Of a stretch of 64,000 bases of DNA, positions 11,001-20,115 are shown piece after piece. How positions within the stretch are numbered: position 1 is the stretch's first letter; each line of letters begins with the position of its first letter. The DNA comes from a bacterium (GTDB taxonomy: Bacteria; UBA8248; JACPRG01; G963555815). The position numbers and the translations under genes were made by a program. The notes under the pieces are model-generated. The model made no database searches, was not told where the DNA came from, and saw only the letters and a list, made by a program, of their open reading frames with translations. The stretch covers positions 224,001 through 288,000 of the forward strand of contig CBDHDG010000002.1 of NCBI GenBank assembly GCA_965261595.1. Reading direction: 5' to 3'.

Positions 11001-11139
11001 CCGGGACGCCCAGGCCCAGGACGATGCCGATCAGGGCGAATTGGACCCTGCGTCGCGTTACCTTCGGAAAATGAAAGCGCCAAGCGGGCAAAGCTCTGAT
11101 TCCGAAATCCGATGAAGCGGGATTCCCCTCCTCGTGCAT
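8024..11139 (-). pseudogene. Membrane-anchored sigma-54 activator (TM-TM-GAF-GAF-PAS-PAS-AAA+-Fis HTH) split by two +1 frameshifts
   Basis: GKTGTGKE, ESQLFGHKRGAFTGA, FLDEIG, WPGNVREL, NRTAAARLLGISRATFYRRL across ORFs 10090-11139, 8466-10121, 8024-8689; removing one base from the 8-mer homopolymer at 10135-10142 and one at ~8637 gives one 1038-codon frame. Confidence 0.85.
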
Positions 11140-11465
11140 CCCGCGAAGCCACGAAGCTTTTTTAAAGATATTGTAAGAGATTGTTTCGATTTTTCAATGA
11201 TATATACGCGGGCCGATCCACGGAGATTTGCCGCGGGGTCTATGTTCGCGGCGCTCTCTTCATCGGCTTCCGATGGTTGGCCGGGGAAATCCGGGCGGAT
11301 AACGGGGGCAACCAACGCGCCCCCGGCCTCCGGACGCACAGAGAGACTTCCGCCCGTCGCGGCGGTCAGAGCCTCATGAATGGACGGAGGCGCAAGGTCA
11401 TTCGCCCCGCGAAAATCATTTTGCCCTTGAAGGTCGATCCGGAAGGCCTCTCCGCGTATTCGCTC

Positions 11466-12512
11466 TCAACCTCCCTTTTTCAGAAAGACGCTGGGGAGGA
11501 ACCGGTTCGTGTAAATGTCTTCCACCGCGAGCTCGCCCTTGAGCTTCATGTACTTGAAGAGCAGGTCGCGCGTTTTTCTCATCTTCTCTTTCTCGATGTA
11601 GCCGAGACCGTTGATGAGCGTCCGGCTGGTCAGCATGTGGCGCATGGTCACTTTCCATTGCCGCCCGACCATCAGCTTGCTGGTTGCCGGGTTCATCAGC
11701 ACGAAGCGATTGACGGCCTGTTTCGGGTGCTCGACGGCCCAGGCGTACCCCCGAAGGGTCGCACCCACGAACCGTCTCACGAAATCCGCCCGGCCGTTGA
11801 TCAGCTCGTCGGAAGTCACGATCCCCGCCGCGTAGAGGTCCAGTCCGTAGTCGGGGTATCGAATCTCGACGAGCGACTTCCCCGCCTTTGCGGCCATCAC
11901 CTTCACGACCTCCCCCGTGAGGACAAACGTGACGATGGCGTCCACCTTTCCCGGCAACAGGCTTTGAGCGATGATGGCGGGGGACATGGGAAGCCAGCGG
12001 ATTTTGGACAGGTCCAAGTTGTTGGCCGCCGTAAAGGCCGGGAAGAGGATCTTGTCCGGTCCGGCGGACGAGCCCCCGATCGTGCGGCCCTCCAGGTCCT
12101 TGGGGCTGTTGATCCCTCCCCCCTTGACCGCATAGATCGCAAGCTGCGTCAGGTCATAGATGATCCCCACGTTCTTGACCATCAATCCCTTGGAGCGGGC
12201 GACGATGAGCGACCCCGAATCCGCTTCGCCGAAGTCAATCACGCGGGTGGCTACACGCTTGATGGTGTCCCCGGAGCCGAACCCGCGGCCGAGATCGGGG
12301 TCGATATTGGCCGCCTTGTAGAAACCGCGGTCTTGCGCCATCCAGAATCCCATGTGCCCCCCGTGGACCACCCAGGACATCGCCGCCTTGGCCTTGTCCG
12401 CCGCCCCCGCCGGGGACGTCATCCACCCAATGGCCGCCAGGACGGCGAGCGGAACGATCCCGCCGCGGAAGAATCGCCGGAGATTGCGCTGGAACGGAAT
12501 TTTCTTCAGCAT
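11466..12512 (-). CDS. NMT1/THI5/SsuA-type ABC substrate-binding protein
   Basis: Signal peptide; GFYKAANID...GFGSGDT, PKDLEGRTIG, GKVDAI, DIYTNRFL. Confidence 0.85.
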   Translation of the reverse strand: MLKKIPFQRNLRRFFRGGIVPLAVLAAIGWMTSPAGAADKAKAAMSWVVHGGHMGFWMAQDRGFYKAANIDPDLGRGFGSGDTIKRVATRVIDFGEADSGSLIVARSKGLMVKNVGIIYDLTQLAIYAVKGGGINSPKDLEGRTIGGSSAGPDKILFPAFTAANNLDLSKIRWLPMSPAIIAQSLLPGKVDAIVTFVLTGEVVKVMAAKAGKSLVEIRYPDYGLDLYAAGIVTSDELINGRADFVRRFVGATLRGYAWAVEHPKQAVNRFVLMNPATSKLMVGRQWKVTMRHMLTSRTLINGLGYIEKEKMRKTRDLLFKYMKLKGELAVEDIYTNRFLPSVFLKKGG

Positions 12513-12623
12513 GTTTTGTCTCCCCAAAGTGATACGACGTGACGAAAGCCTTCTCGCGACCCGCTGCCGGGTTCTCAGGGCCGGGTCACCGCATTTGCTC
12601 CCCGCGTGAATTCTCATCGTTCA

Positions 12624-14000
12624 TCATTTCCGGTCGGCCCCTTCGTTCATCATCGCCAGGAGGTCCGGGACGCGCTCCAGACCGGGGTGGACGGGCACCT
12701 CGGGGAACGGTTTCCCGAAGGGACGGGTGGCGTCAATGCCCATGGCCTCGCCCAGCTCCCCGGGGGGGACCGTCGGGTCCAGTGCCGGGGTGTTGTAATT
12801 GGAAACCACGACGATGTCCTGGCCGGGCCGGGAGCGGGTGGCGATGGCCCACAGCACTTGTTCGTGGTTGAAGACGTCGATGTCTTCATCGCAAACGACG
12901 ACGTACTTGGGGCGCTTCGTGCTCCCGAGCGCGGCCATGAGGAGGTTGCGGCCTTCTCCCAGAAACCCCTGCTCCATGCTGATGAAGTACATGAATTCGC
13001 AGCAGCCGGCCGCCGTCGAGTGAACGCCCCGGAGCCCGGGGAACTTCGGCTTCAAATCCCGGTGCAGGGTGGCCTCGTTGGGGATCTGCTTGAGGAAGTG
13101 GTTTTCCGTCATCGGCATCCCCGTCAGACCGGCGTGATAGATTGGGTTCTTTCGGTGGGTGATGGCCGTCACCTCCAGGACCGGGTCGATGGTGACCGCG
13201 CCGTAGTAGCCGCTGTACTCGCCGAACGGGCCTTGGGACTCGCGCCGGGTGGGCAGGAGCCGCCCCTCGATGACGATCTCCGATGTCGCGGGGACCTCCA
13301 GGTCCACCGTCTCGCACTTCACAACGTCCACCGGCTTCCCGCGGATGCCGCCGGCAAGCTCCATCTCGTCCACGCCGTAGGCGGCGCCGACCTGCGTGGC
13401 CAACATGATCACGGGGTCGCAGCCCAGGACCACCGCCACTTCGAGGGCCTCGCCCTTGGCCTCGGCCTTGGCGTATTGCCGGTAAAGGTGCGTGTAGCTC
13501 TCGGCGTGAAGGCTCATCTCGCGTGGACCGCGAAAGTGCATCCGATAAATGGAGGTGTTCTTTGTCCCCGTCTCCGGGTCCTTGCTGATCTGGACGCCGT
13601 GGGTGATGAACGCGCCCCCGTCTTTCTCGGCGTAAATGGGAATGGGCAACCGGCCCAAGTCCGCCTCGTCCCCTTTGAGGATGACTTCCTTGCAGGGCCC
13701 AGTGTCCACCCGGCGGTGCGGGATGGGGTTGCGCACCCCGGCGTCGAATTTTTCGTACACCGCCTCCGAGTCCGCTTCCAGGGCCAACAGGACCCGCCGG
13801 CGGTTGGCGAAGATGCCGCCCACGACCTCCATGTCATGCCCTTTGACGTTCTCAAACAGGATGGCCGGCCCCTGCTGATCCGAGGTCTTGCGGATGTAGG
13901 CCCCGATTTCGAATTTCGGGTCCACCTCGTCGGAGATCCGGACGATCTCTTTGCGCTCCTCGAGGTATTCGAGAAAATCACGGGGGTCGTCGAAGGGCAT
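12624..14000 (-). CDS. UbiD-family prFMN (de)carboxylase, copy 1
   Basis: DPETGTKN..IYR, VPATSEIVIEG, QGPFGEYSGYY, KYVVVCDEDID, WAIATR, GIDAT. Confidence 0.92.
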   Translation of the reverse strand: MPFDDPRDFLEYLEERKEIVRISDEVDPKFEIGAYIRKTSDQQGPAILFENVKGHDMEVVGGIFANRRRVLLALEADSEAVYEKFDAGVRNPIPHRRVDTGPCKEVILKGDEADLGRLPIPIYAEKDGGAFITHGVQISKDPETGTKNTSIYRMHFRGPREMSLHAESYTHLYRQYAKAEAKGEALEVAVVLGCDPVIMLATQVGAAYGVDEMELAGGIRGKPVDVVKCETVDLEVPATSEIVIEGRLLPTRRESQGPFGEYSGYYGAVTIDPVLEVTAITHRKNPIYHAGLTGMPMTENHFLKQIPNEATLHRDLKPKFPGLRGVHSTAAGCCEFMYFISMEQGFLGEGRNLLMAALGSTKRPKYVVVCDEDIDVFNHEQVLWAIATRSRPGQDIVVVSNYNTPALDPTVPPGELGEAMGIDATRPFGKPFPEVPVHPGLERVPDLLAMMNEGADRK

Positions 14001-14118
14001 TCAGTGCGCTCCTCCATTCGGACGGCGATCTGTTCCTCCAGCCGCCTTGGGAGCGGCGTAGACACACCGTCAGGGACAATCAAGCGTCAGATTGTCACCA
14101 CTGATTAAGGAATGCGAT

Positions 14119-14156
14119 ATGTCCCCATGATTGCATTGTGGACATTTTTGTGTCAA
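14119..14156 (-). promoter_or_regulatory. Candidate promoter/operator for UbiD copy 1
   Basis: TTGACA on the minus strand adjacent to inverted repeat ATGTCC-N15-GGACAT (14119-14145); -10 weak. Confidence 0.35.
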
Positions 14157-14272
14157 TTGCGATTTTCTCTGAGTCATCCCAAGTTTCTCCGCGCCTGAAG
14201 AGGTGAAGCGGACCAGTAAGACGAGGGGGAGGGGGGATTGCGCCGGTCGGAGATATGCTGCTGTGTGGCTAA

Positions 14273-14554
14273 CCTGGATTTCTCACCAAGATAAGCGTCA
14301 AGCCTTCTTTTATTCTGTCAACTCATTGTGGGACAACCCCATGCCCGAAAAGAAGATTTCGACCTGTTGCGGATAGGGTGTCCCCTGGGCGTTTGTTGGG
14401 GGCGGGTAGTACAGAGCCCCGCCCCTACAGTTGAGTGTGCGTGAGCGCCTTTCCATGTAGGGGCCCGGACACTGTGCCGCCCCCCCCCCTTGGTCAGCGT
14501 GTAACCCGAGACCTCGTGCTGTAGCCCGATCAAATTCTTTGTGAGAAATGCGGG
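14273..14554. mobile_element. IS1380-type MITE carrying a REP pair
   Basis: Ends CCTGGATTTCTCAC / GTGAGAAATGCGGG (11/14 inverted match), CTAA on both flanks, no transposase; GTAG-hairpin units inside at ~14399-14428 (-) and ~14457-14487 (+). Confidence 0.7.
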
Positions 14555-14571
14555 CTAAACCTGAAGGGCTT

Positions 14572-14597
14572 CTGGATTCCCGCCTACGCGGGAATGA
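14572..14597. repeat. dRS3-like ATTCCC-N8-GGGAAT palindrome
   Basis: CTGGATTCCCGCCTACGCGGGAATGA. Confidence 0.65.
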
Positions 14598-14687
14598 GTG
14601 TCGGAGAGAAAGGCTGGGCTTCCTCAATCCTGCATGGCGGGAGATTGTCCCATCGCCCCCGGGGGAGGAGGGGGGGGGGAGGAGAGG

Positions 14688-16058
14688 TCACCCGCTCCCC
14701 TCACGCATCATCGCCAGGAGGTCCGGGACGCGCTCCAGACCGGGATGGACGGGCACCTCGGGGAAAGGCTCCCCAAGGGGCCGGGTGGCGTCTATGCCCA
14801 GGGCCGAGCCGATCTCGCCTTTCGCCACCGTCGGGTCCAGCGCGGCCGTGGGCAGCTCGGGGAGGATGACCAGGTCCTTGCCGGGACGGGCCCGGGTGGC
14901 AATGGCCCAAAGCACCTTCGTGTGATCGTAGACATCGATGTCCTCATCGCACACGACGACGTATTTGGGGAGTTTCTTGCTTCCGAGGGCGCCCAGGAGG
15001 ACTTTCTTCGCTTCCCCCGGATAGACCTGCTTCATGCTGATGAAGACGATGTATTCGCAGCAACCGGCCGCCGTATAATGGACCGCCTGAATCCCGGAGA
15101 ACTTCGCCTTCAAATCCCGGTAGAGCGTGACCTCGTTGGGGATCTGCTTGAGGAAGTGGTTTTCCGTCATCGGCATGCCCGTCAGACCGGCGTGATAAAT
15201 CGGGTTCTTGCGGTGGGTGATGGCCGTGACCTCGACGATCGGGCGCTTCGAGGCGGGGCCATAGTATCCGGAGAACTCGCCGAAGGGGCCTTCCGGCTCC
15301 CGGCGGTCGGGGAGCATCAGGCCCTCGATGACGATCTCCGTCGTCGCCGGGACTTCCAGGTCCACCGTCTCGCATTTCACGACGTCCACAGGCTTTCCCT
15401 TGATTCCGCCGGCGATTCCGATCTCGTCTTCGCCGAAGGCGGCGACGACCTGCGTGGCCAACATCACCACCGGGTCGCAGCCCATCGCGACGGCCACTTC
15501 CAGGGGTTGACCCTTCGCCTCGGCCTTGACGTACTGGCGGTACAGGTCCTGGTATTCCTCGACGTACAGGCCGAGCTGGCGCTTTCCCTGGAACTGCATC
15601 CGGTAGATGGAGGCGTTCTTGGTCCCGGTCTCGGGGTCCTTGCTGATCTGGATGCCGTGGGTGATGAAGGCGCCGCCGTCGCCCTCGGCATAGACGGGGA
15701 TGGGCAGCCGGCCCAGATCCACCTCGTCTCCCAAGAGGATGACCTCCTTGCAGGGGCCTGTGTCTACAAGACGGCTGGGGATGGGGTTGGACACCCCCCC
15801 GTCGAATTTTTCGTGCACCTCGGCGGAATCGGTCTCCAGGGCCATGAGCACCCGCCTCCGGCTGGCGAAGATTCCGCCCACCGCGACCATGTCGTGGTCC
15901 TTGACGTTCTCGAACAGGACGGCCGGTCCCTGCTGGTCGGAGGTCTTGCGGATGTAGGCCCCGATATCGTACTTGGGGTCCACTTCGTCGGTGATCCGGA
16001 CGAGCTCTCTGCGCTCCTCCAGGTATTCGAGAAAATCACGCGGATCGTCGAAGGACAT
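14688..16058 (-). CDS. UbiD-family prFMN (de)carboxylase, copy 2
   Basis: Same motifs as copy 1 with EGPFGEFSGYY; long stretches identical to copy 1. Confidence 0.92.
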   Translation of the reverse strand: MSFDDPRDFLEYLEERRELVRITDEVDPKYDIGAYIRKTSDQQGPAVLFENVKDHDMVAVGGIFASRRRVLMALETDSAEVHEKFDGGVSNPIPSRLVDTGPCKEVILLGDEVDLGRLPIPVYAEGDGGAFITHGIQISKDPETGTKNASIYRMQFQGKRQLGLYVEEYQDLYRQYVKAEAKGQPLEVAVAMGCDPVVMLATQVVAAFGEDEIGIAGGIKGKPVDVVKCETVDLEVPATTEIVIEGLMLPDRREPEGPFGEFSGYYGPASKRPIVEVTAITHRKNPIYHAGLTGMPMTENHFLKQIPNEVTLYRDLKAKFSGIQAVHYTAAGCCEYIVFISMKQVYPGEAKKVLLGALGSKKLPKYVVVCDEDIDVYDHTKVLWAIATRARPGKDLVILPELPTAALDPTVAKGEIGSALGIDATRPLGEPFPEVPVHPGLERVPDLLAMMREGSG

Positions 16059-16109
16059 GGGGGGGTCTCCGGTTGCGGATGGGCAGCCTTCTCTTCAAGG
16101 CGCGCGCGT

Positions 16110-17042
16110 TCAAATCCCGAGAAGCTTCCGGGTGTTCTGGTGGAAAATGGCTTCCTCGTCGGCCTGGGGAAGGGAGAGGTCCCGGACGCAGGCTATCGCC
16201 TTGTCGATGAACTCACTTCCTCCGTTGGGGCCGAAGGGATAATCCGTTCCGTACACGATTTGTTCCGCGCCGAAGAGATCGATGGCGCAGCGGACCGCGG
16301 CGGACGAGACCGGTCCTCCCGTGTCGTAGAACATCTCCCGGTAGTATTCGATGACCGGGCGCTCGATTTGCGCCTTGGGTCCGGCTTGGCAGATGCGCTC
16401 CAGGAGATAGTGGGTCGCCCCGCCGAGGTGGGAGAGGATCAGCCTGATGTCCGGGAAGCGGTCCAGCACCCCGTTCAGGACCAGCCGGGCGGCGGCGTAG
16501 GCCGTATCCACCGGCCAGCCGATCCACAGCTCGAGGCGGTGGGTGTAAGCCTGGGCGGGGCCTTTCGGGTCCAGGGGATGGATCAGGATCGGAAGTTTCA
16601 ATCGGTTGATTTCCTCGTACAACGGCAGGAAACCCTCCTCGTCGAGTGGCGCCCCGCGGACGTTCGTCCCGAGGATGACCCCTTTCATCCCCAGGTCCGT
16701 GACCGCCCGTTTGACTTCCCGGATGGACGCCTCGACGTCCACCAGGGGAAGGGACGCGAAAGGGATGAACCGGTCCGGGTGTTGGCGGCACGCCTCGGCG
16801 AGACCGTCGTTCCCGGTCTGGATCAAGTCCCGCGCGGCGGCGGGATCGGCCGGGTACGACTGCAACGTCAGGGAGAGGACCTGAAGGTCGATCCCTTTCT
16901 CGTCGTTGAGGGCGAGATGGGCGTCCACGTCCCAGCGCGGAAGGTCGTACTCGGGTCGGGGCATGTCCTCACGCTCGACGAGGACCTTGAACAAATCGCG
17001 GAAGGCGTCCGGGTATTGGTGTCCGTGGATGTCGATGAGCAT
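16110..17042 (-). CDS. Amidohydrolase_2 (ACMSD/LigW-like) metal-dependent decarboxylase/hydrolase
   Basis: IDIHGH, ILIHP, SHLGG, YGTDYPF. Confidence 0.88.
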   Translation of the reverse strand: MLIDIHGHQYPDAFRDLFKVLVEREDMPRPEYDLPRWDVDAHLALNDEKGIDLQVLSLTLQSYPADPAAARDLIQTGNDGLAEACRQHPDRFIPFASLPLVDVEASIREVKRAVTDLGMKGVILGTNVRGAPLDEEGFLPLYEEINRLKLPILIHPLDPKGPAQAYTHRLELWIGWPVDTAYAAARLVLNGVLDRFPDIRLILSHLGGATHYLLERICQAGPKAQIERPVIEYYREMFYDTGGPVSSAAVRCAIDLFGAEQIVYGTDYPFGPNGGSEFIDKAIACVRDLSLPQADEEAIFHQNTRKLLGI

Positions 17043-17109
17043 TTTTCCCTCCTGGGTACGCTCCCTGAATCAGCCGGCGTTTCCGCTCGTGCGCGGCTTT
17101 CTTCCGTCC

Positions 17110-17526
17110 TCATTCATTCGGCTGAAACAGGGGCAGGGTGATCTCTTCGGTGGCCTTCTCGAAGGTCACATGGACGGCGAGGCCGATGCGGACGGCGTCC
17201 GGATCACAGCCGACGAGCCGGCTCATCATCCGGGGGCCTTCCTCCAGCTCGATGACGGCGATGACGTAGGGCGTCTCCCCCTCCCATGCCGGGGAATAGG
17301 CGTGGTGCTCGATGGTGAACGTGTACACTTCGCCCCGGCCGCTCACGGCCCGCCATTCGAACTCCTCCGACAGGCAGGTCGGGCAGAGACGCTTGGGGGC
17401 GTACCGAAAGCGCCCGCAGGCCCCGCAAAGCTGAAGCCTCAATTCCCCCTCCCGGCACCCCTCCCAGAACCCCCGGGAGTCGCTGTCGATGATCGGCAAG
17501 TGCTTCTTGTATTCCGCTTCCGCCAT
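17110..17526 (-). CDS. DUF35 Zn-ribbon/OB-fold protein (ChsH2-like)
   Basis: FWEG...CGAC...CPTC, SGRGEVYTFT, IELEEGPRM. Confidence 0.9.
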   Translation of the reverse strand: MAEAEYKKHLPIIDSDSRGFWEGCREGELRLQLCGACGRFRYAPKRLCPTCLSEEFEWRAVSGRGEVYTFTIEHHAYSPAWEGETPYVIAVIELEEGPRMMSRLVGCDPDAVRIGLAVHVTFEKATEEITLPLFQPNE

Positions 17527-18681
17527 TCAGCCTCTCCTCAGGACGAGGTTCGCGTGTGTGGCCAGGTCGCCGCCGTTGCCCGTGACCAGGCCCAGCTCGG
17601 CGCCCTCGACCTGGCGGGTCCCGCAGCCTCCCCGCAGTTGTTTGGCCGCCTCGGTGATGTGGGTCATGCCGTCGATATAGCCGTGGGACAGGAGACCCCC
17701 GTGCGTATTGACGGGGATCGTTTTCCCGAGGCCGATGGACCCCGCCTCCGCGAAGGGGCCTCCCTCGCCGACCTTGCAGAAACCGTAGGATTCGAGCTGG
17801 GCGAGAACGGTGAACGTAAAGCAGTCATAGAGCTCGGCGAAATCGAAGTCTCCGGCGGAGAGGCCATATTTCCGTTGCAGGTCGCGCGCGGCATCTTCCT
17901 CTCCCTGCTGGGCGGGGGAGGGGGCCTCGAAGAAATTCTTGTGCGTGTGGCACTGGGTCCCCCCCACGATCAGGACCGGGGCGTGGGGGAGGTCGCGGGC
18001 GCGCTCGGCGGTTGTGACGACGACCGCCGCGGCCCCGTCGGAGTTGAGACAGCAATCGAAGAGGCGGAACGGCTCCGCGATGAACCGCGAGTTCTGGTGG
18101 TCCTCAACCGTCATGGGTTTTTTCATCTGCGCCCCTTCGTTCAGCAGGGCATGGGTCCGCATGGCGACCGCGACGGCTCCGAACTGGGCGCTCGTGGTCC
18201 CGTACTCGTGCATGTGGCGCCGGGCTGCCATGGCGTAATTCGAGACGGGACCGATCCGGCCGAAGGGGTTCTCGAAGTTCTCGTATCCCCACGTCCGGCG
18301 GCCGTGCTTGGGACGGCCCCGGCCGGAAAGCCGGGCCTCGCCGCAGGTGCAGAGGATGGTTTCAGCGAGCCCCGCCGCGATGGCCGCCGCCGCGTGCAGC
18401 ACCATGACGACCGGCGTGGCCCCGCCCAGGTTGAGGTCCGAGGAGAACCGGGAGCGGAGCCCCAGCCCTTCCGCCACCTGAACGCAGAACATGAAGGCGG
18501 GGTCGTCGTAAGGGGGCATGGACAGGACGCCGTCGATGTCCGCTTTGGAGAGGCCGGTGTCCCGGATGGCCGCGGCCGCCGCCTCGATGTGAAGGGACAG
18601 ACTCGTTCGATCCGGAAGCTTGCCGACGTCCGTCTCACCGATTCCGGCGATGGCGCAGGAACCGGGGAAGCCATTATTCAT
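17527..18681 (-). CDS. SCP-x thiolase-fold protein, Ltp2-like aldolase
   Basis: AIAGIGET, LGGATP (no nucleophile Cys), DCCLNSDGA, ELYDCF, NTHGGLLSHGY; abuts the DUF35 gene. Confidence 0.8.
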   Translation of the reverse strand: MNNGFPGSCAIAGIGETDVGKLPDRTSLSLHIEAAAAAIRDTGLSKADIDGVLSMPPYDDPAFMFCVQVAEGLGLRSRFSSDLNLGGATPVVMVLHAAAAIAAGLAETILCTCGEARLSGRGRPKHGRRTWGYENFENPFGRIGPVSNYAMAARRHMHEYGTTSAQFGAVAVAMRTHALLNEGAQMKKPMTVEDHQNSRFIAEPFRLFDCCLNSDGAAAVVVTTAERARDLPHAPVLIVGGTQCHTHKNFFEAPSPAQQGEEDAARDLQRKYGLSAGDFDFAELYDCFTFTVLAQLESYGFCKVGEGGPFAEAGSIGLGKTIPVNTHGGLLSHGYIDGMTHITEAAKQLRGGCGTRQVEGAELGLVTGNGGDLATHANLVLRRG

Positions 18682-18743
18682 GAATTTCTCTCCTTAAACA
18701 TACCGCCTGACAAATCCCGGAGGGCGATTGACTTCTTCCGAAG

Positions 18744-18857
18744 CGGGATTCCTCACTTTGTTCGGAATAACAAGTGGAAGGCCGGCAGCCAAAATACTTC
18801 CTTGAGCCTGGCAAAGTTGCTGTCGGTGTCATTCCGAGCAAAGCGAGGAATCCCGCC
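18744..18857. repeat. Inverted pair of TGTCATTC-type repeats
   Basis: GCGGGATTCCTCACTTTGTTCGGAATAACA ... TGTCATTCCGAGCAAAGCGAGGAATCCCGC. Confidence 0.7.
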
Positions 18858-18893
18858 TCGAATCAAGGGAATGCTCCTTATCCTTTCCCCACC

Positions 18894-20045
18894 CTATGAC
18901 TTCAGCACGTCCCGCGCAATCACCAGGCGCAGGATCTCCGAAGTTCCCTCGGCGATGCGATGGTTGCGCAGGTCCCGGTACATCAGCTCAACCGGCATCT
19001 CTTTCATATAGCCCATTCCGCCGAAGATCTGGAGGGTGCGGTCCGCGACGCGTCCGGCCATTTCCGAGCAGAACACCTTGGCGATGGCCGCTTCGCGGGT
19101 GACGCGCTTCCCTCCTCTCTCGTCCATCCTCCGGGCGCCGTCGTAGACCATCAACCGGCCGGCGTGGATCTCCATCGCCGAGTCGGCCAGCATGAACTGG
19201 ATGGCCTGGCGGTCCGCGATGGGTTTTCCAAAGGTCTGTCTTTCCCGGGCGTAGTCCCGCGCCATCGAGAGCAGGCGGTCCGCCGTTCCCACGCACCCCG
19301 CCCCGACGGCGAGACGCTGTTCGTCCAGGAAGCGCATCAGGACTGAAAAACCCTGTCCCATTTCTCCGAGGGTCTGGCCGTTGGGGACTCGGCATTGATC
19401 GAAGATCAGCTCGCTGGTGGGCGATCCCCGCCAGCCCAGCTTCTTGTGGATCTGACCGACGGAAAAGCCCGGTGTCCCGCGATCGACGATGAAGGCCGTG
19501 ATTCCCCCGCGAGCGCGTTTTTCGGGGTCCGTCACGGCGAACACGATCACGGCGTCGGCGATGGGTCCGTTCGTGACGAACTGTTTGCGGCCGTTGAGGA
19601 TGAACCCCCCGTCCTCCGCCTTGGCGCGGGTCCGGATGGAGGCCGCGTCCGACCCGGCGTCGGGCTCGGTGACGGCGAAGGCCATCAGGCGCTCGCCCCG
19701 GATGGCCGGGACGAGGTAGCGCTCTTTCTGCTCTTCGGTCCCGGCCAGGAGCATTTTGTTCGGCCCCTGTGTGCAGGCGATCCGGAGGGCGTCGCTCGAT
19801 TTGCCGAACTCCTCCCGGACCACGCACTGGGCGAGCACTCCGAGACCGCTTCCGCCGACCTCGACGGGATAGGCGAGACCGAGCAGGCCCATCTCGACGG
19901 CCTTTTCGCGCAGGCGCTTGTAATCTTCGGGGGGGATCTCGTCCCGATCGTCCACGATCCGCTCGATGGGCTTAAGCTCCCGTGTGACGAACGTTCGAAC
20001 GGTGTCCCGAAGCAGTTTCAGCGTGTCTTCCAGGACGGCGGCCAT
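18894..20045 (-). CDS. Acyl-CoA dehydrogenase
   Basis: AFAVTEPDAGSD, LNGRKQFVTNG, KLGWRGS, QIFGGMGY, RIAEGTSEI; likely ATG at 20045. Confidence 0.93.
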   Translation of the reverse strand: MAAVLEDTLKLLRDTVRTFVTRELKPIERIVDDRDEIPPEDYKRLREKAVEMGLLGLAYPVEVGGSGLGVLAQCVVREEFGKSSDALRIACTQGPNKMLLAGTEEQKERYLVPAIRGERLMAFAVTEPDAGSDAASIRTRAKAEDGGFILNGRKQFVTNGPIADAVIVFAVTDPEKRARGGITAFIVDRGTPGFSVGQIHKKLGWRGSPTSELIFDQCRVPNGQTLGEMGQGFSVLMRFLDEQRLAVGAGCVGTADRLLSMARDYARERQTFGKPIADRQAIQFMLADSAMEIHAGRLMVYDGARRMDERGGKRVTREAAIAKVFCSEMAGRVADRTLQIFGGMGYMKEMPVELMYRDLRNHRIAEGTSEILRLVIARDVLKS

Positions 20046-20115
20046 GTTTATCCTTTTAACGGGTTCTCGAAGGGTGGCAGGCAAAACGCCCGCCTGGCCT
20101 GAATGGGCGGTCAAG

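Noticed and set aside
14598..19011. Long plus-strand ORFs (847 aa, 701 aa; likewise 3020-5356)
   Set aside because: Antisense shadows of well-supported GC-rich genes with no recognisable motifs
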